From: Campylobacterota bacterium
Lineage (GTDB): Bacteria; Campylobacterota; Campylobacteria; Campylobacterales; Sulfurimonadaceae
Direction of reading: 5' to 3'
NCBI GenBank assembly: GCA_034661055.1
Contig: JAYEKO010000065.1
Location: 1 to 35,352 of the forward strand
DNA: 35,352 bases
Shown: positions 18,087 to 26,918 of the stretch, in pieces
Position numbering within the stretch: position 1 is the first letter of the stretch
Layout of the letters: each line of letters begins with the position of its first letter
Translations under genes and position numbers: made by a program
Notes under the pieces: model-generated
Databases searched by the model: none
The model's input: the letters and a program-made list of their open reading frames with translations, nothing else
What the model was told of the DNA's origin: nothing

Positions 18087-20084
18087 TTAGTGTGCTACCA
18101 TAGCAATATAATAACAACGCATACAGCGATCTGCTTCACTTAAAGCCTCTTCTTGAGTAAACCCAAGATTGACCTCTTTGTTGTTATCTTTACGAACATC
18201 TACATGTAATTTTTCACTCTCTTGACGTGGCAAGCCAGCAATCCATCCTGTAACTTTCTCTTTTTTATCATAAACACGCATCTTACGAAGATGATCTTCC
18301 ATAATCTCATCATCTGTTAAAGTAATATCACCGCCATTTTGAACATAACGACTCATCACTGAAGCAGCACGCTTAGCTTGACCAACTGCATTAACAATAG
18401 TCATTGGACCATATTCACAATCACCCGAAGCAAAAATACCTGGGCGAGATGTCATATAATCCTTACCATTAGTTAAAATAGTTGCCCATGAAGTCATCTC
18501 AAGACCCCACTCTTCTGGTAAAAGATCCAAGTCTGCACTTTGAGATACAGCAGGAATCAAGAAGTCAACTTCTCTATTAAAGTCAGCTCCATCTATTTTA
18601 AGAAGCTGAGCACGCCCACCATTAGGATCTGGAACAAGTTCAAACATATTAAAATCAAGTGACTTAAGAACATCATTTTCATCATTCATGCGCTCAACTG
18701 CAGAGTGAAAGATAAATTCAACACCCTCTTCAACTGCTTCATGATACTCTTCATAGGTTGTATTACGAATAATGGTTTTTTCATCACGACGATAAATCAT
18801 AATAACTTTTTTGGCATTTGCACGAATAGAACAGCGTACAACATCCATAGAAGTAAATCCACCACCAACACAAACAACTGTTTTACCAGTTAAATCAACA
18901 GGCTCACCAATACCATACTTATCCCAGAGATTAATCTGATCAAGCATCTCAATAGCACTCCAATACCCTTCAATCTCAGGACGCTCATTATCACAACGAA
19001 CTTTTTTAGACAGACGTGTACCGACAGCAACCATAACCGCATCATAATCTTTCTCAAATTGACGCATCATATCAGCATTAACTCGAGAGTTAGTAATGAA
19101 GTTAACACCTAAATCTTTAACTGCTTCAATATCCTGATTATATTTATCAATCGGCATACGGTATTCAGGGACACCTACTGCCACTTCACCACCAAGAACT
19201 GGAAGATCTTCATAAACATCTACGTCAATACCTTCAAGTGCTAAATAGTATGCTGTTGTAAGACCTGCAGGTCCCGCACCAATTACACACACTTTTTTAC
19301 CTACTTTAGGCTTCGCTTCTTCTGGATGGAAAAAGTTAAATCCATGGTCTGTCTCATAGTCGGCACCTAAACGCTTCAGTTCCATAATTGAAATTGGAGA
19401 GTCTAAGTTCGTACGTCGACACTCATCTTCACATGGATGAGGACAGACACGACCACAAGTGTGTGCCAGTGGCATTGTTTGACGTGTTGCTTTTAAAGAG
19501 TCATCAAAACGTAAATCTCTTACGCCTTCAATATAGCCAGGAATATCTACATGAGCAGGACATGCATCCGTACATGGTGCAGTAATCTTTGCAATATAGT
19601 TAATCTCTTGATTATAATGTTTAGAAGCAACTTGATTATTAATACAGTTCATAAAATCATCTTCAAAGTGTTCCATCAAATCTAACAGTGGATTTGGTAC
19701 TGTCTTTCCAATTTCACATTTTGAAGTTGTTTGCATCGTTTTAGAAACTTCTTTAAGATGGTTTAAATCTTCAATAGTTCCTTCACCTCGAGCGATTTTA
19801 TCTAAAAGATCGTAGAGAATTCGTCCACCCCAACGACCTGGTGCACAGCGACCACACGCTTCAGAATAGACTTGATATTGCGCAGCATACTCAGTAGCTA
19901 AACGAACAACATCAACGTCTTCATTAAAAAGTGATACGCCGTCCCAACCAATGAATGCCTTTGAATTGGCATGCTCATTATATTGTTCAGGTAGTTTATA
20001 TGCTGACTCTTCCCACTCATCTACAGGCTTATTCAGATTATTTATCTGCTCGCCTCTCCATGTGGAAAAATAGACTTTACTCAC
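18087..20084 (-). CDS. SfrB-like FAD/Fe-S NAD(P)H oxidoreductase (NuoF Fe-S helical domain fused to a GltD/glutamate synthase beta-like domain)
   Basis: N-terminal SEACGRCAPG...KCEIG (NuoF N3-like); TAPCTDACP and TCGRVCPHPCEDEC (GltD-type clusters); IGAGPAG FAD motif; VGGGFTSMD...IYRR NADP(H)-type motif; SGDC; C-terminal EADRCMRC. GTG start with AGAGGA. Confidence 0.88.
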   Translation of the reverse strand: MSKVYFSTWRGEQINNLNKPVDEWEESAYKLPEQYNEHANSKAFIGWDGVSLFNEDVDVVRLATEYAAQYQVYSEACGRCAPGRWGGRILYDLLDKIARGEGTIEDLNHLKEVSKTMQTTSKCEIGKTVPNPLLDLMEHFEDDFMNCINNQVASKHYNQEINYIAKITAPCTDACPAHVDIPGYIEGVRDLRFDDSLKATRQTMPLAHTCGRVCPHPCEDECRRTNLDSPISIMELKRLGADYETDHGFNFFHPEEAKPKVGKKVCVIGAGPAGLTTAYYLALEGIDVDVYEDLPVLGGEVAVGVPEYRMPIDKYNQDIEAVKDLGVNFITNSRVNADMMRQFEKDYDAVMVAVGTRLSKKVRCDNERPEIEGYWSAIEMLDQINLWDKYGIGEPVDLTGKTVVCVGGGFTSMDVVRCSIRANAKKVIMIYRRDEKTIIRNTTYEEYHEAVEEGVEFIFHSAVERMNDENDVLKSLDFNMFELVPDPNGGRAQLLKIDGADFNREVDFLIPAVSQSADLDLLPEEWGLEMTSWATILTNGKDYMTSRPGIFASGDCEYGPMTIVNAVGQAKRAASVMSRYVQNGGDITLTDDEIMEDHLRKMRVYDKKEKVTGWIAGLPRQESEKLHVDVRKDNNKEVNLGFTQEEALSEADRCMRCYYIAMVAH

Positions 20085-20098
20085 CTTAAATTCCTCTA

Positions 20099-20323
20099 TT
20101 ATCGTTTAACAACAATGGTCCAGTCGACCTCATTGAATTTTAAAGAGTTCATTAGCTCAAAGCCACTCTCTTTAACTAAATCAGCACTACGTTGAACTGA
20201 TGAAAAATCACCTATTTCAAATAGAAAGATTAAAACTTCACCCGCAGCAGTCTGACTCTCTAAAATCTCAGTCATGCGGCCATAAAAATCATCTTTTAAA
20301 TGTCTTAAATCATAACGTTTCAT
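20099..20323 (-). CDS. Campylobacterota complex I small subunit NuoX (NuoE-position protein, Cj1575c/HP1264 family)
   Basis: 74 aa between nuoD and the input module. Family signature MKRYDLR...GEVLIFLFEIGDFS...LMNSLKFNEVDWTIVVK. It contains no cysteines, so it is not a true [2Fe-2S] NuoE. Confidence 0.88.
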   Translation of the reverse strand: MKRYDLRHLKDDFYGRMTEILESQTAAGEVLIFLFEIGDFSSVQRSADLVKESGFELMNSLKFNEVDWTIVVKR

Positions 20324-20334
20324 TTACACACTCC

Positions 20335-21561
20335 CTATCTGTCAACTTCACCGAATACGATGTTAGTCGTACCGATGATTGAAACAACATCCGGAATATA
20401 GTGACCCGGAAGCAGATCTGTTAAAATACCTGTATGCCAGAATGATGGCGCACGTAGTTTAAGTCGGTAAGGATATGGACCACCTTGTGAATTAATGAAG
20501 AAACCAAGTTCACCTTTTGGTGACTCCGTTACTACATATACTTCACCTACTGGTGGACGCATCCCTTGAGTAACCAATACAAAGTGCTGCATTAATGAGT
20601 AGTTTTGCGTCATTATATCTAGCTTAGGCGCTGAGATATATTGTGGCGCATGTGCCATCAGCTCTGTCGATGTATCATCATACATATTCATTACCTGATA
20701 TAAAATCTTTGCAGACTCACGCATCTCCATCATGTAGAGTTTATAGCGTGCGTAGTTATCGCCTTTATCTGATACTGGAATATCAAAATCAACTTCATCA
20801 TAAAGCTCATACGGCTCTTCTTTACGAATGTCCCAATTAACCCCAGATGCACGAAGCATAGGTCCAGTACAGCCCCACGAAAGAGCCATCTCTGTAGGAA
20901 TAGTTCCCACATCTTCCATACGCATTAGCCAGATACGGTTGGTATCTAGTAGGTCTTCATAATCCTTGATATTCTCCGGTAGCTTGTCTAAAAAACGTTT
21001 CAAATCTGGAATAAAGTTATCTGGAATATCCAAAGGTACACCACCAATGCGAATTGCAGAGTGTGTAAGACGTGCCCCACAATAGTCTTCAAGAAGGTCC
21101 ATAAGGTATTCACGTTCTCTAAAGGCATAAAGGAATACTGTCATAGCACCAATATCAAGAGCTGTTGTCGCTAACCAAAACAGGTGTGACATAAGACGAT
21201 TTATCTCTAAAAGCATCATACGAATTACTTTGGCACGACGTGGCACATCAACACCAATTAACTTCTCAACAGCTAGAGCAAACCCATAATTGTTTGAACT
21301 TGAAGCGATATAGTCCATACGATCTGTTGTTGGCATAAATTCATTATAAATCATATTTTCAGCCATCTTCTCCATACCACGATGAAGATATCCGACGTCT
21401 GGATGTGCTTTAACTACCTGCTCTTGTTGCAGATGAAGCATTAAGCGCAACTGACCATGTGAAGACGGGTGTTGTGGTCCAAAATTTAAAACAACTTCAT
21501 TGTCTTTTCTATCAAAGTTAATATTTTCGAAAAATGGACGTAATCTATTTTTTACTTGCAT
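20335..21561 (-). CDS. nuoD: Complex I subunit D
   Basis: [36 protein letters not shown] and a C-terminal FGEVDR. Confidence 0.98.
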   Translation of the reverse strand: MQVKNRLRPFFENINFDRKDNEVVLNFGPQHPSSHGQLRLMLHLQQEQVVKAHPDVGYLHRGMEKMAENMIYNEFMPTTDRMDYIASSSNNYGFALAVEKLIGVDVPRRAKVIRMMLLEINRLMSHLFWLATTALDIGAMTVFLYAFREREYLMDLLEDYCGARLTHSAIRIGGVPLDIPDNFIPDLKRFLDKLPENIKDYEDLLDTNRIWLMRMEDVGTIPTEMALSWGCTGPMLRASGVNWDIRKEEPYELYDEVDFDIPVSDKGDNYARYKLYMMEMRESAKILYQVMNMYDDTSTELMAHAPQYISAPKLDIMTQNYSLMQHFVLVTQGMRPPVGEVYVVTESPKGELGFFINSQGGPYPYRLKLRAPSFWHTGILTDLLPGHYIPDVVSIIGTTNIVFGEVDR

Positions 21562-21566
21562 ATTAC

Positions 21567-22373
21567 CTACCTGTCTCTATCTGTGATAACTTCAGAGTTA
21601 TCTTTTTCTAAACGTTCAACTAAAAAGATACCGCCATCTTCTTGATACTCAGTCTTAACTGCTGGTTCGCCCTCAGGTATCTCTGCGCCAAATGGTACTT
21701 CATGTCCCAGACGTGAAAAACGTTTTGTATCGTAACGGTCAACTGCTGCATCATCACGGATTTCAGGTCCAATAATGTCGCGTGCTTCTTTACCAAAAAT
21801 CTTGTCAACCTCGTACCATGATGCAAACTCATCGCCTTGAAGTGGATAGGTTTTTAATAGTGGGTATCCTTCCCAGTCATCTGGCATTAAAATACGCTTG
21901 AAGAATGGGTGATTGTTCACTTTAATGCCAAACATATCATACATTTCACGTTCTGACCAATCAGCACTACGGAAAAGTTTTTCAACACTCTCAATAGCTT
22001 GATCTTTAGCAACAGCACACTTAACACGAATACGCTTGCGCTTATTCATACTAAGCATCTGATAGAAAATATCAAATTCACCACGCTCAGCTAAAAAGTC
22101 AATAGCACTCATCTCTGAAAGTTGTGTATATTCAAGCTCTTTTTTCATAAGCTCTAGTACACCAAAATTATCTTTAGGGTTAATATAGACAACCATCTGC
22201 TCTACTTGAATATAAGCATCAAGTACTTTAAACTTTGCCTTAATAGCTTTAAGGTCAGCTGCAAATACTTTATCTGATGCAACCTTAGTTTTTGGTACTT
22301 GCGGTGCTACCCAGAAACGATCTGTATAATACGGCTTTTTCTGAACATCATCTTTTGCTACATATGCTCTCAT
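21567..22373 (-). CDS. nuoC: Complex I subunit C
   Basis: [14 protein letters not shown] and [19 protein letters not shown] motifs. Separate from nuoD. Confidence 0.96.
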   Translation of the reverse strand: MRAYVAKDDVQKKPYYTDRFWVAPQVPKTKVASDKVFAADLKAIKAKFKVLDAYIQVEQMVVYINPKDNFGVLELMKKELEYTQLSEMSAIDFLAERGEFDIFYQMLSMNKRKRIRVKCAVAKDQAIESVEKLFRSADWSEREMYDMFGIKVNNHPFFKRILMPDDWEGYPLLKTYPLQGDEFASWYEVDKIFGKEARDIIGPEIRDDAAVDRYDTKRFSRLGHEVPFGAEIPEGEPAVKTEYQEDGGIFLVERLEKDNSEVITDRDR

Positions 22374-22882
22374 TACATCAGCCTTTTAGGTTTTTGAGAC
22401 TTATCTGCTTTTTCACTACGGATTTTTTTCTGTAGTAGCATTACACCATACTGAAGCGTCTCTGGACGTGGTGCACACCCTGGAAGATACAAGTCAACAG
22501 GAATAATTCTATCTGCACCCTGAACAGTTGCGTACGTATTAAACATACCACCAGTATTAGCACATGAACCCATTGAAATCACCCAACGAGGCTCTGTCAT
22601 TTGATCATAAAGACGTTTAATGAACTCCGCATGTTTCTTAGTCAATGTTCCTGCAATAATTAAGAGGTCAGCTTGACGTGGTGATGCTCTAAAAATGGTA
22701 CCAAAACGGTCAAAGTCATAACGTGATGCCCCAGAAGCCATCATCTCAATACCACAACATGCTAGACCATAAGTCAATGCCCATAGCGAGTTTGAACGCC
22801 CCCAGTTTACTACTTTATCAATAGTAGTTAGAGCGACTGGAAGTCCCCCATCCTGTGTGTAATTTACTTGATGTTGTGCCAT
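22373..22882 (-). CDS. nuoB: Complex I subunit B (N2 cluster)
   Basis: [23 protein letters not shown] and [10 protein letters not shown] motifs. Confidence 0.98.
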   Translation of the reverse strand: MAQHQVNYTQDGGLPVALTTIDKVVNWGRSNSLWALTYGLACCGIEMMASGASRYDFDRFGTIFRASPRQADLLIIAGTLTKKHAEFIKRLYDQMTEPRWVISMGSCANTGGMFNTYATVQGADRIIPVDLYLPGCAPRPETLQYGVMLLQKKIRSEKADKSQKPKRLM

Positions 22883-23253
22883 TCAAGCGCTCCTTTTTTC
22901 CATGCATATACAAAACCGATTGCCAGCAAGAGAATAAATAGTAACATCTCTGCAAAGCCAAACCAGCCTAAAAGTTTAAAATCAACTGCCCATGGAAACA
23001 TAAATACAATTTCCACATCAAAGAGAATAAAAAGCAAAGCAAACAGATAAAACTGCGTAGAGATTCTGTTAGGCTGCTTAGTTACCTCAGGTCCACATTC
23101 ATACACCGTTAGCTTGATTTTCTCAGCATCTTTTGCAGCCAGTGCGCGGCTAGCAAGTCTTGCAATTACCGTTGTTGCGTAGAACGCACCAAACGTTAAT
23201 ACAAAAAGAACAAACACCCCAAAGTAAGGGTTAGCAACATCCATATGTCCCAT
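22864..23253 (-). CDS. nuoA: Complex I subunit A (129 aa; start moved from the ORF-track TTG at 23280 to the ATG at 23253)
   Basis: [19 protein letters not shown] and [10 protein letters not shown] motifs. AAAGGT lies 7 nt before the ATG at 23253. The gene overlaps nuoB by 19 nt. Confidence 0.95.
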   Translation of the reverse strand: MGHMDVANPYFGVFVLFVLTFGAFYATTVIARLASRALAAKDAEKIKLTVYECGPEVTKQPNRISTQFYLFALLFILFDVEIVFMFPWAVDFKLLGWFGFAEMLLFILLLAIGFVYAWKKGALEWHNIK

Positions 23254-23348
23254 ATATTCAACCTTTTTTGTTGTTAACAAACACTTAAAAAACGGCTAAT
23301 TGACCGTATTTCTCGAGTTTTTTGTTTTAATAAAAAAACAGTTAGTTA

Positions 23349-23370
23349 ACTATATCTAAAAGTGAATTAA
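23349..23370 (-). promoter_or_regulatory. Putative sigma70 promoter of the nuo operon
   Basis: Minus strand TTAATTCACTTTTAGA-TATAGT (-10 at 23354-23349) with T-rich upstream tracts, about 95 nt before nuoA. Confidence 0.45.
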
Positions 23371-23450
23371 ACGAATATATATTGAAATACAAGAGTTGCA
23401 GGATGCTACTTATCGGAACAAATAAATGAGTTGTTCTATAAAAATGTGAG

Positions 23451-23509
23451 TAAAAATTACACACTCGAATTACATGCAAATATTAATTATAATTTACATG
23501 TAATTTTTA
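23451..23509. repeat. Nested inverted repeats / TTACA boxes upstream of nuoA
   Basis: TAAAAATTACA (23451-23461) pairs with TGTAATTTTTA (23499-23509). AATTACATG (23468-23476) pairs with CATGTAATT (23497-23505). TTACATGTAA (23494-23503) is a palindrome. Confidence 0.5.
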
Positions 23510-23530
23510 AACATATTTTAGCTAGAAAAG

Positions 23531-23932
23531 CTATTTTTCCTCTTTTCTAAAGAGATGGTATCTTTCATTTTCTAGTAAATTTTCGATATATTTTTTGGGA
23601 CATTTATTACTGTTTTCCCACATCCCAGATGGCATGCGCACTTCAAGTCTTCCTTTCTCACGACAACGAATAATCTTTTTAGCAGTCATCACTTTACTTA
23701 GTGGTGAAAAGTCTGCTTTACCCATAACAATATCATCTCGATAATACAACGTTTGATAATCAAAATTTCCCCAACTTGGAATACCATCTTCTGTAAAAGG
23801 CACCTCGTATCCATTTTTAAATTCTACAATGAGTGGATAGTAACTATTGGGGTATACTTCTCGTATTTTCCCACGTCCAAAAACTAAGCCGTTTACCTTG
23901 TCACCAACTTTAACTTTTTTAAAATATGCCAT
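23531..23932 (-). CDS. Hypothetical basic protein, N-terminal SH3/Tudor-like beta pattern
   Basis: 133-aa ORF with SD AGGAG, 17 nt after the AAA+ gene. Motif KVGDKVNGLVFGRGKI...YPLIVEF. Confidence 0.8.
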   Translation of the reverse strand: MAYFKKVKVGDKVNGLVFGRGKIREVYPNSYYPLIVEFKNGYEVPFTEDGIPSWGNFDYQTLYYRDDIVMGKADFSPLSKVMTAKKIIRCREKGRLEVRMPSGMWENSNKCPKKYIENLLENERYHLFRKEEK

Positions 23933-23949
23933 ACATTAACTCCTGTTAT

Positions 23950-25683
23950 TTAACTTAAAAACCCTAGCTGTTTTTCACTATCAAAACTACCTTGTAGCTC
24001 TTTTTCAATTTCAACAATAAAATCATTTAGGGTAAACACAGATTTCTCTTTTACTGCAACAGTATATGCAGTATTTTTAATAATAAGATTTATCTGACCG
24101 CCTGTCACATTATACTTTGCTAATGTCTCAATAAGAAATCCATCTTCAAATTCAGCATTTATTGGCAACATCATCTTCCACAGTTTATAACGCTGTCTCT
24201 CATTAGGTTTTTTAAACTCTATCTTGTAATTAAAACGTCTTGAAAATGCTGTATCTATATTTTCTAACAAATTAGTTGTTGCAATTAAAATGCCTTCAAA
24301 CTTCTCTATCTGTTCTAGAAATATATTTTGCATCTGGTTATGCATTTGGTCAGCACTTGAACCCACTCCACTTGAACGTGAACTTAAAAATTGATCCGCT
24401 TCGTTTAGAAGCAATACTGGTTCTGTTTTAGTCTGATTGGAAAGATCTCTATAAGTATCAAATATTTTACGTACATTTTTTTCACTCTCACCAACATACA
24501 TCGATAAGATTTTAGAACAGTCAAAACTTAAGACTTGTCTCTTAAGTGAACGTCCTAAAGAGTGTGCCGTTAGTGTTTTACCTGTACCTGGTGGGCCATA
24601 AAAAATAATACGTGCATCAATACCACTTTTTTTCTCTTTAATTCCCCATGCTTTTAACTTTGTAATGACATCTTTATCTACTTGACGCATTAAGTTGTGC
24701 AACACCTCTTCTGTCTTAGGATTAAGGACAACATCTTCAAGTGTTGTTGTCGATTCAACTAGCTCAAAAATATCTTGCTCTTTTACCAACATGCCAAGTT
24801 TTAGTTTTGTTACTTTCTTCTTTTTTTGTGGATGAATAATTGATTGCAGAACATCATCTACAATATAAAAAGCTCTTGTAATCCCTCCAAAAGGGTTAAG
24901 CATCTCTTCATAATCAATAATCTCATCTGCAATAAGCTTAGAGCCATCTTCTAAAAGTGATCGGTTTTTAATACGGTCGTATTCATCTAAGCTAATTAAG
25001 TCAATCAGTGCATTCATCTCACGTATATTTGCATCCCCTGCACTGTACTCCTCTTTAAGAAGAGCAATAAATATAATCTGCTCCTTAGCATCAAGTTTTT
25101 TATGTTTGAAAAACTTATCTAATACAACCTCATTATCGGTCTGAAGCACACGCTCTTCAATCCGCTTTTCAAGTAGTTCAAGTTTATTTTTTATACGATT
25201 TATTCCTAAAGAGTGCTCATGAATATTTTGACGAATACTGCTCATCTTGTGGTATAGGTCTATTCTAAAGAACTGATCTTGAAGGTACTCTAAATGATCA
25301 GAGTATGGCTTTATTTCAGGAAGACTCATCTCTAAACTTCCCTCTTCTAAAAGTCTTAGAAAAGATGATGTTAGTGCAACAGTACCATTTAAAAGTTCTA
25401 AATGGGTAACATCACTAATTTTTAAAGGAGTAAATGAATGTTGCGTAATCCAACCAAGTTCTAAAAGAGTTTTTATATTATGAAGTTTACTTATGTAGAG
25501 ATACTCTTTTTCGCCAAAAAGTTCTTGCAAGATATCAATAACAACGAAGTCCTCTTCTCCCGTAACATATTTTTTAAAAAAAAGTTGAAGAATTTTTGCT
25601 TCATCTGCCTGACATTTTAGATGCGAGTAAACATCTGACTTACTCACATCTTTGGCATCTAAAAAGTTAATTATAGATTTCAC
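23950..25683 (-). CDS. AAA+ family ATPase (Campylobacterota Cj0377-like)
   Basis: Walker A GPPGTGKT, pore loop SMYVGESEKN, Walker B variant LLLNEAD, and SRH ATTNLLENIDTAFSRRF. The GTG start overlaps the upstream stop. Confidence 0.9.
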   Translation of the reverse strand: MKSIINFLDAKDVSKSDVYSHLKCQADEAKILQLFFKKYVTGEEDFVVIDILQELFGEKEYLYISKLHNIKTLLELGWITQHSFTPLKISDVTHLELLNGTVALTSSFLRLLEEGSLEMSLPEIKPYSDHLEYLQDQFFRIDLYHKMSSIRQNIHEHSLGINRIKNKLELLEKRIEERVLQTDNEVVLDKFFKHKKLDAKEQIIFIALLKEEYSAGDANIREMNALIDLISLDEYDRIKNRSLLEDGSKLIADEIIDYEEMLNPFGGITRAFYIVDDVLQSIIHPQKKKKVTKLKLGMLVKEQDIFELVESTTTLEDVVLNPKTEEVLHNLMRQVDKDVITKLKAWGIKEKKSGIDARIIFYGPPGTGKTLTAHSLGRSLKRQVLSFDCSKILSMYVGESEKNVRKIFDTYRDLSNQTKTEPVLLLNEADQFLSSRSSGVGSSADQMHNQMQNIFLEQIEKFEGILIATTNLLENIDTAFSRRFNYKIEFKKPNERQRYKLWKMMLPINAEFEDGFLIETLAKYNVTGGQINLIIKNTAYTVAVKEKSVFTLNDFIVEIEKELQGSFDSEKQLGFLS

Positions 25684-26918
25684 TAGAATTTAATCTCTGC
25701 TCCAAGACTCAGCAGGTACGCACGTGCATCGGTAAATTCTCCATTTATATGGCTATCATTGATGGCACCGCTAACAGTACGAGACTCTTTAAAATCTACT
25801 AGAAGTGATGCCCCTAAACTCACTGTTTCACTGTATGCATAACGCCCACCAAAAGAGACAATAATTCCATCTGAGTCTGCTAACTCAAAATTTAAGCTCT
25901 CTTGTGGAACAGGACTCTCATCATATGCAATACCTGCCATACCAGTCCACCCATCATACTCTTGAGTCACACCGATACGATAGGCACTTACATCACTCCA
26001 GTCTTTTGCTATTGGATCAGCAAATTTTGGATCTAAGGGACCAAGAGATGATTCATAATTAAAGTCTAATGTCTCATATGATGACCACATTGCTCGCTCA
26101 TAAACAAACTCTACTGTAGTATCTGTATCAAAAGTATATGCTACAGCAAGATTTAATGTAGCAGGAACAGGAACACTAACTGTAGCTCCTCCACTATAGT
26201 GTACATTACCGGAGTAATCACCACTATCTGGAAAATAAATTGTTGCGCTACCCTCTTCTGTCAAGTCAACATTAGAACGATACGTAGCAGCTAATTTCAA
26301 CTCAGGCATTGGTCTGTAGCTTAGTGCTAAGTTGTACCCAAAATCAAAAGAGTCACCTTCCATATTACGAGATGCCAATGACGCACTCATAACAATCCCT
26401 TCACTATAAACAAGACGAGCTCCCCCAGCAATAGAAAAATTTTCACTCACCTTGTACGCAACACTTGGATTGAGCTCAACGACTAAAAGTGAAAACTTAT
26501 TGGCATAGGTCATTGCAGGCTGTTCTTCCCAACGTTTAGTTAAACCTGCTGGTGCAACAATACTCAAACCAAAACGAGTATCTCCAAACATTGGTGATAC
26601 ATAATGCAAAGATGGTGAGAAAAAATCTTCTGATGCTGATACTGCTCCATCTGAGTTAAGCGAACCATCTGGGTTAGGAACAGTACCTGTAAAAGTCTGT
26701 TCTGACAATCTAATATAAGTTAAAACCTGCTCAACATGTTGACCATCATCCATAAACACCATATTAGCAGGGTTAAAGTATGCGGCATCAGCAGTATGTG
26801 GGTTTGCAACATATGCAGCTGAAAGTGCTGTTGAATTCATTGACAGCTCAGGTACCTTATAGCCACCTGCTAATAGTAGTGTCGACGCTGCAAGTGAAAG
26901 TAGTGCAATTTTTTTCAT
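25683..26918 (-). CDS. OmpP1/FadL/TodX family outer-membrane transporter
   Basis: Signal peptide, hatch motif [29 protein letters not shown], alternating beta strands and a C-terminal Phe. Confidence 0.92.
   Translation of the reverse strand: MKKIALLSLAASTLLLAGGYKVPELSMNSTALSAAYVANPHTADAAYFNPANMVFMDDGQHVEQVLTYIRLSEQTFTGTVPNPDGSLNSDGAVSASEDFFSPSLHYVSPMFGDTRFGLSIVAPAGLTKRWEEQPAMTYANKFSLLVVELNPSVAYKVSENFSIAGGARLVYSEGIVMSASLASRNMEGDSFDFGYNLALSYRPMPELKLAATYRSNVDLTEEGSATIYFPDSGDYSGNVHYSGGATVSVPVPATLNLAVAYTFDTDTTVEFVYERAMWSSYETLDFNYESSLGPLDPKFADPIAKDWSDVSAYRIGVTQEYDGWTGMAGIAYDESPVPQESLNFELADSDGIIVSFGGRYAYSETVSLGASLLVDFKESRTVSGAINDSHINGEFTDARAYLLSLGAEIKF

Noticed and set aside
18087..20084. Calling the flavoprotein gltD or nuoF
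   Set aside because: There is no gltB partner, the domain is permuted and fused, and the FMN/NADH-binding core of NuoF is missing.
23254..23280. N-terminal extension of NuoA from TTG 23280
   Set aside because: The SD-like AAAGGT lies inside this extension and points to the ATG at 23253.
23281..23345. Riboswitch or sRNA in the nuoA leader
   Set aside because: Only weak hairpins (ACGG...CCGT and an A/T stem) are present, with no riboswitch consensus I recognise.
23519..23533. TAGCT-AGAAA-AGCTA hairpin as a terminator
   Set aside because: It has only a 5-bp AT-rich stem and no U-tract on the coding strand.
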